Assembly: GCA_963805975.1 (NCBI GenBank)
Contig: CAWDVR010000001.1
Coordinates: forward strand, 1,097,577 to 1,161,576
Length of the DNA stretch: 64,000 bases
Direction: 5' to 3'
From: an uncultured Acidobacteriota bacterium
GTDB lineage: Bacteria; Acidobacteriota; Thermoanaerobaculia; Multivoradales; SZUA-115
Shown here: positions 60,044-64,000 of the stretch, one piece after another
How the letters are laid out: each line of letters starts with the position of its first letter
Position numbering within the stretch: the first letter of the stretch is position 1
Position numbers and translations under genes: made by a program
The notes under the pieces: model-generated
The model's input: only the letters and a program-made list of their open reading frames with translations
Databases searched by the model: none
Told to the model about the DNA's origin: nothing

Positions 60044-61093
60044 GTGAGCGAGCCCCAACTCTCCCTGGCGGTGGTCGGCTGCGGTGCCGTCGCCGCCAAC
60101 CACTACCTGCCGTCGATCGCGGCTTCCAGGCGCTTCGCGGCCACGATGCTGATCGACGCCGATCTGGGTCGGGCGCGTTCTCTCGCCGATCGCTGGCACG
60201 TTCTGCATGCCGGCATCGACTACCGCGAGGTTCCCGGCCGCGCCGAGGCCGCGGTCCTGGCCTTGCCCAACCACCTCCACGCCCCGGTGGCGTGCGAGCT
60301 GTTGCGCCAGGGAGTCCATGTCCTGGTCGAGAAGCCGATGGCCACCTCGGCCGCCGAGTGCGATGCCATGCTGGCGGCGGCGGAAGAAGGGAGGGCTGCG
60401 CTCTCCGTGGGGCTCCAGTTCCGATTTTTCGACTCGAGCCGCTGGGTTGCGGACGTGTTGGCAGCCGGCCGCGAGGGCGGCGGCCCTCTCGGCCGCGTCC
60501 TCGGCTTCGACCTGCGGCTCGGCGTCATCTCTCGGTGGCCCTTTGCCAGCGACTTCCTCCTGCGCAAGGAGACCGCCGGCGGTGGGGTGCTCACAGACTA
60601 CGGGGTCCATGTCTTGGACCTCCTGCTCTACTGGCTGGGAAACTGGGAGACGCTGCGCTATCGGCACGATGCCGAGGGTGGGATCGAGTCCGATTGCGAG
60701 CTGGAGATCGCGATGGAGGGCGGGCTCGCCGGCTTCGTCGAGATCAGCCGTTCCCGCAACCTGCGCAACACCTGCCTGCTGACAGGGGAGCGGGGAAGCC
60801 TCGAGGTCGGGATCTGGCACCCGGACCCGCCGATCTCGCTCCGTCACGGCCCTCGCGAGCTGGCTCTCGACGGACACGCTCGCACGGCCGGCGCCACGGG
60901 CCTCGATTTCAACGGCGCCTTCCTGCGCTCCCTGGACGACTTCGCCACGGCGATCCAAAGCGGCCGTGAGCCCTGGGTCTCCGGCCGCGAAGGCCGCCGC
61001 TCCGTGGCCCTGATCGAGGCCTGCTATGCACAGGCGACGAGGCTCGAGCTGCCCTGGAGCGCCTCGCCTCCCTCCGCCAGGCAGAGCCCATGA
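60044..61093 (+). CDS. Gfo/Idh/MocA-family oxidoreductase
   Basis: LAVVGCGAVAANHYLPSI, the VLVEKPMA (EKP) motif and a GLQFRFF block are present. The GTG start at 60044 is in the frame of track ORF 59771..61093. Confidence 0.75.
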   Translation: MSEPQLSLAVVGCGAVAANHYLPSIAASRRFAATMLIDADLGRARSLADRWHVLHAGIDYREVPGRAEAAVLALPNHLHAPVACELLRQGVHVLVEKPMATSAAECDAMLAAAEEGRAALSVGLQFRFFDSSRWVADVLAAGREGGGPLGRVLGFDLRLGVISRWPFASDFLLRKETAGGGVLTDYGVHVLDLLLYWLGNWETLRYRHDAEGGIESDCELEIAMEGGLAGFVEISRSRNLRNTCLLTGERGSLEVGIWHPDPPISLRHGPRELALDGHARTAGATGLDFNGAFLRSLDDFATAIQSGREPWVSGREGRRSVALIEACYAQATRLELPWSASPPSARQSP

Positions 61094-61109
61094 AGCCTGA
61101 CGAGGCCCC

Positions 61110-62315
61110 ATGAAACTTGCCGAGGCGAACGAGCAGCTCGCCGGGCGCCGGGTACTGGTGACCGGCGGCAGCGGCTTCATCGGCGGCCGGCTGGTCGAGC
61201 GGCTGGTGGTCGAAGCCGGTGCCGAGGTCCGGGTCCTGGTGCGCAACTTCGCTTCCGCCGCCCGCCTCGCTCGTTTCCCGCTCGATTTCGCGCGTGGCGA
61301 CGTGCTCGACGAGGCGGCGCTCGAGGCGGCGGCCCGTGGCTGCGCGGTGGTCTTCCATTGCGCCTACGGCACCTCGGGCAGCCAGGGGCATCGCGCGCGC
61401 GTCAATCGCGAGGGCACCCGCCGGGTGCTCGAGGCCGCGGCGAAGGCCGGGGTGGCGCGGGTCGTCCACCTCTCGACGCTGATGGTCTATGGCCGTACGG
61501 CCGACGGCGACCTCGACGAGACCGCGCCGCGCCGCCGCTTCGGCAACGCCTACTCGGACAGCAAGCTCGAGGCCGAGCGGCTGGTGCTCGACGCCGCGCG
61601 CGCCGGCCGCGTGCCTGCCACCGTGCTCCAGCCGACAGCGGTCTACGGCCCGTTCGGCGGCGTGTGGACCGAGCAGGTGCTCGGCAGCCTGAAGACGGGC
61701 CGCGCGATCCTGATCGACGGCGGGCGGGGCCTCGCCAACCACGTCTACGTCGACGACCTGGTGAGCGCCATGCTGCTGGCGGCGGTGGAAGAGAAGGCGG
61801 TGGGGGAGGCGTTTCTGGTTTCCGCCGAGGAACCGGCGACCTGGCGCGAGATGTACGCCGCCTTCGAAGCGATGCTCGGCGCCAGCCGCACGGTCTCGAT
61901 GACCGCCGCGGAGGCGCGGGCTCACTGGCAGCTCAGCCAACGCGCCCGCCCACGCCTTCTCCCGGCCCTCCTCGCCGGCCTGCGCGGCGATCGCGCGCTG
62001 CGCGAGAGCCTGCTCGCGACCCGGGAGGTGCTGGTCCTGCGCGAGCTCGCGAGCACCGTGCTGTCCGAGCGCTGGCAGGAGCGGATCAAGCGCCAGGTCG
62101 GCATGGGCTCCGCCGCACAGGTCCCGGCCTCTCCCGAGATCGAGCCGGAGCTGCCGATCCATCCCCTGAGCCCGTCGATGATCGACTTCTTCTCGGCCCG
62201 GACCCGCGTGCGGATCGCCAAGGCGAAGCGCCTGCTCGGATATCAGCCAGACTTCGACCTCGGGTCCGGAATGAGACTCACGGAGCAGTGGGCCCGCTGG
62301 GCCAACCTGCTCTGA
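61110..62315 (+). CDS. NAD-dependent epimerase/dehydratase family protein (SDR)
   Basis: A 401-aa ORF with RVLVTGGSGFIGGRLVERL and YSDSK (YxxxK). Confidence 0.8.
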   Translation: MKLAEANEQLAGRRVLVTGGSGFIGGRLVERLVVEAGAEVRVLVRNFASAARLARFPLDFARGDVLDEAALEAAARGCAVVFHCAYGTSGSQGHRARVNREGTRRVLEAAAKAGVARVVHLSTLMVYGRTADGDLDETAPRRRFGNAYSDSKLEAERLVLDAARAGRVPATVLQPTAVYGPFGGVWTEQVLGSLKTGRAILIDGGRGLANHVYVDDLVSAMLLAAVEEKAVGEAFLVSAEEPATWREMYAAFEAMLGASRTVSMTAAEARAHWQLSQRARPRLLPALLAGLRGDRALRESLLATREVLVLRELASTVLSERWQERIKRQVGMGSAAQVPASPEIEPELPIHPLSPSMIDFFSARTRVRIAKAKRLLGYQPDFDLGSGMRLTEQWARWANLL

Positions 62316-62320
62316 CCGCG

Positions 62321-63016
62321 CTACTCCGGCCGGCGGAAAGCCGCGATGGCCCATGCCCCCTTGCGGCCGGTGACCCGCACCCGGTCCACCAGCTCCAGAT
62401 CCCCTTCGAGCGCACGCAGGATGGCGGCGGTGCGCGCCGAGTGGAACATCGACACCAGCAGCAGGCCACCGGGCCGCACGAAGCCCAGGTAGCGCCGGGC
62501 CTGGCCACGCGGGTCGTCGAGGTAGTAGAGGCTCTCGTTCAGGACCACGGCGTCGAAGGTACCGGCTGGCACGAAGGTCGCGGCGTCGGCTACCTCGAAC
62601 CGGTCCGCCGCGGAGGCGCGCCGGCGCGCCGTCTCGACGGCCACGGTCGAGAGGTCGATGCCCTCGTAGGCAGAGTAGCGTCCGGGACCGAGGAGGTCGC
62701 GCAGGATGCCCTCGCCGCAACCCACGTCGAGGATCGAGCGCGCCGCTGCCAGATGCTCGAGGAAACCGATGATCACGCTGTAGCGCGCGATCTCGTCCGC
62801 GCTGCGGAGCGTGGCCCACCGGCCCTCACGGTACTGCTCGTCCCAGGCCTCGCGGGCGACCGGCACGTCGCCGCGCGTGCCCACGTCTTCGAGCGTTCGC
62901 ACCCAGCGCTCGAGGCCCGGCGTGCGGGGGAGGCGTCGGCCATAGAGCGCCGAGTAGTAGGCCCACACCACGGGCCGTGAGACTTTCCTGAGCACCTTGC
63001 GCAGCAGGCCGGGCAT
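62321..63016 (-). CDS. Class I SAM-dependent methyltransferase
   Basis: Motif I is ILDVGCGEGIL and post-I is YEGIDLS. I chose the start at MPGLLRK (complement 63014..63016); the track's longer start is 63121. Confidence 0.7.
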   Translation of the reverse strand: MPGLLRKVLRKVSRPVVWAYYSALYGRRLPRTPGLERWVRTLEDVGTRGDVPVAREAWDEQYREGRWATLRSADEIARYSVIIGFLEHLAAARSILDVGCGEGILRDLLGPGRYSAYEGIDLSTVAVETARRRASAADRFEVADAATFVPAGTFDAVVLNESLYYLDDPRGQARRYLGFVRPGGLLLVSMFHSARTAAILRALEGDLELVDRVRVTGRKGAWAIAAFRRPE

Positions 63017-63132
63017 GGGAGATTTCCGCGGAGCGGAGAGTTGCGGCAGGTTAGCACAGGGCACCGGCACGGGCCGGGCTTGGTAAGCTCCCGCGCACCG
63101 TCTCGACCGGCCGGCTGCCACCCTTCTCCAGC

Positions 63133-64000
63133 ATGAGCGAACCCACCCTCCTGCCTTCGACGCCCGAACGGTTCCTGCGCTCGACGGTGGCGAGCTACTG
63201 GAGCCTGGGCGTGCGTCTGTTGATCACCCTGGCATCGCGGATGGCGCTCGCCCGCTTCCTGCTGCCGGACGACTACGGCGCCTACGACTTGGCGCTGCGC
63301 GTCGTCACCGTGGCGTCCGCCCTGCGTGACCTGGGGCTGCCCTACCAGCTCATGCGCGACGAGCGCCGGCCCTACGGCACGGTGCTCGCGTTCGGCCTGG
63401 TGTCGAGCGTCCTGCTCACCCTGGCGCTCGTGCTCGGAGCGCCGCTCGCCGCTCCGTTCGCGCCCGAGCTGCCGGCGGTGCTCCAGGTGTTCGCCCTCTG
63501 GGTGCTGCTGGACGGTCTGGTGAGCGTGCCGCGGACGTTCTTCGAGCGCGAGCTCACGATCGGCCGGCTGGTGCTGCCCGAGGTGGCACGCGGAGCGTTG
63601 ATGGCAGTGATCTCAGTGGCGCTCGCCGCCGCCGGCTGGGGAGTGTGGAGCCTGGTGATCGGCGACCTGGCCGCGGCGGCGCTCTTCGCGGCGCTGGTCT
63701 GGTGGCGGGCGTGGGGCAGGATGCCGCTCGCCGTGGACTGGGGGATGGTGCCCGACCTGCTACGCCGGAGCGCGCTCCTGTGCGTGATCTGGATCGTCTT
63801 CTACCTGGTGAGCTACCTGGACTCGTTCATCGTGCGGGCGTACGACGATGCCGAGGCGGTGGGCTACTACGGGCGCGCCTACTTCCTCGCCTTTCTCACC
63901 CGCCAGATCGTCTTTCCCCGGGCGCTGCTACCGGTACTGGTCGAGTACCAGCAAGACGCCGTGCGCTTCGCAGAGGCCTTCCGCGTGGGATCGATCTTCC
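63133..64000 (+). CDS. Polysaccharide biosynthesis protein / flippase (Wzx-like, MOP superfamily), 3' truncated by the window edge
   Basis: Hand translation from the ATG at 63133 (MSEPTLLPSTPERFLRSTVASYWSLGVRLLITLASRMALARFLLPDDYGAYDLALRVV...) stays open to position 64000 and contains multiple TM segments. It is absent from the ORF track because it is edge-truncated. Confidence 0.7.
   Translation, partial: MSEPTLLPSTPERFLRSTVASYWSLGVRLLITLASRMALARFLLPDDYGAYDLALRVVTVASALRDLGLPYQLMRDERRPYGTVLAFGLVSSVLLTLALVLGAPLAAPFAPELPAVLQVFALWVLLDGLVSVPRTFFERELTIGRLVLPEVARGALMAVISVALAAAGWGVWSLVIGDLAAAALFAALVWWRAWGRMPLAVDWGMVPDLLRRSALLCVIWIVFYLVSYLDSFIVRAYDDAEAVGYYGRAYFLAFLTRQIVFPRALLPVLVEYQQDAVRFAEAFRVGSIF

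Overview
High-GC (about 70 %) bacterial chromosomal segment; features such as VWA-like secreted proteins hint at Acidobacteriota or Myxococcota, but the taxon cannot be fixed from the sequence alone.

Left half, 1-33401, minus strand: one uninterrupted reading frame encodes the first >11,100 residues of a giant NRPS and continues past the left edge. I translated it by hand because the supplied ORF track omits edge-truncated ORFs. The in-window assembly line is: C-A(Thr-like)-T | C*-A(Thr)-T | C*-A(Val)-T | C-T (no A domain) | C-A(Leu-like)-T-E | C-A(Val)-T | C-A(Leu-like)-T | C-A(Thr)-T | C*-A(Val)-T | C-A(unassigned)-T | C... . C* is a distinct condensation subtype that follows every Thr module without an E domain.

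The gene also contains a 2.54 kb intragenic duplication at about 99 % identity.

Between the NRPS start and a tRNA-Glu(UUC) lies a roughly 6 kb lower-GC segment. It carries a patatin-like lipase, an 80-aa helical protein, an ArsA/Get3-type ATPase with an HSP20-like tail, an NTF2-like protein, a B12-type radical SAM enzyme with a Cx7Cx2C motif, and a frameshifted recombinase-like remnant.

The right half looks like ordinary chromosome:
- APC permease and aminotransferase
- membrane protein and cupin
- secreted S8 protease
- a four-gene secreted/anchored cluster
- htpG
- a glycan-biosynthesis locus (GT-C, TolB-like, NodB deacetylase, GT2, two SDRs, Gfo/Idh/MocA, methyltransferase, flippase) interrupted by a vapBC toxin-antitoxin pair

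Most long plus-strand ORFs listed over 1-33 kb are antisense artefacts of the high GC content. NRPS domain boundaries are hand estimates, good to about +-100 nt.
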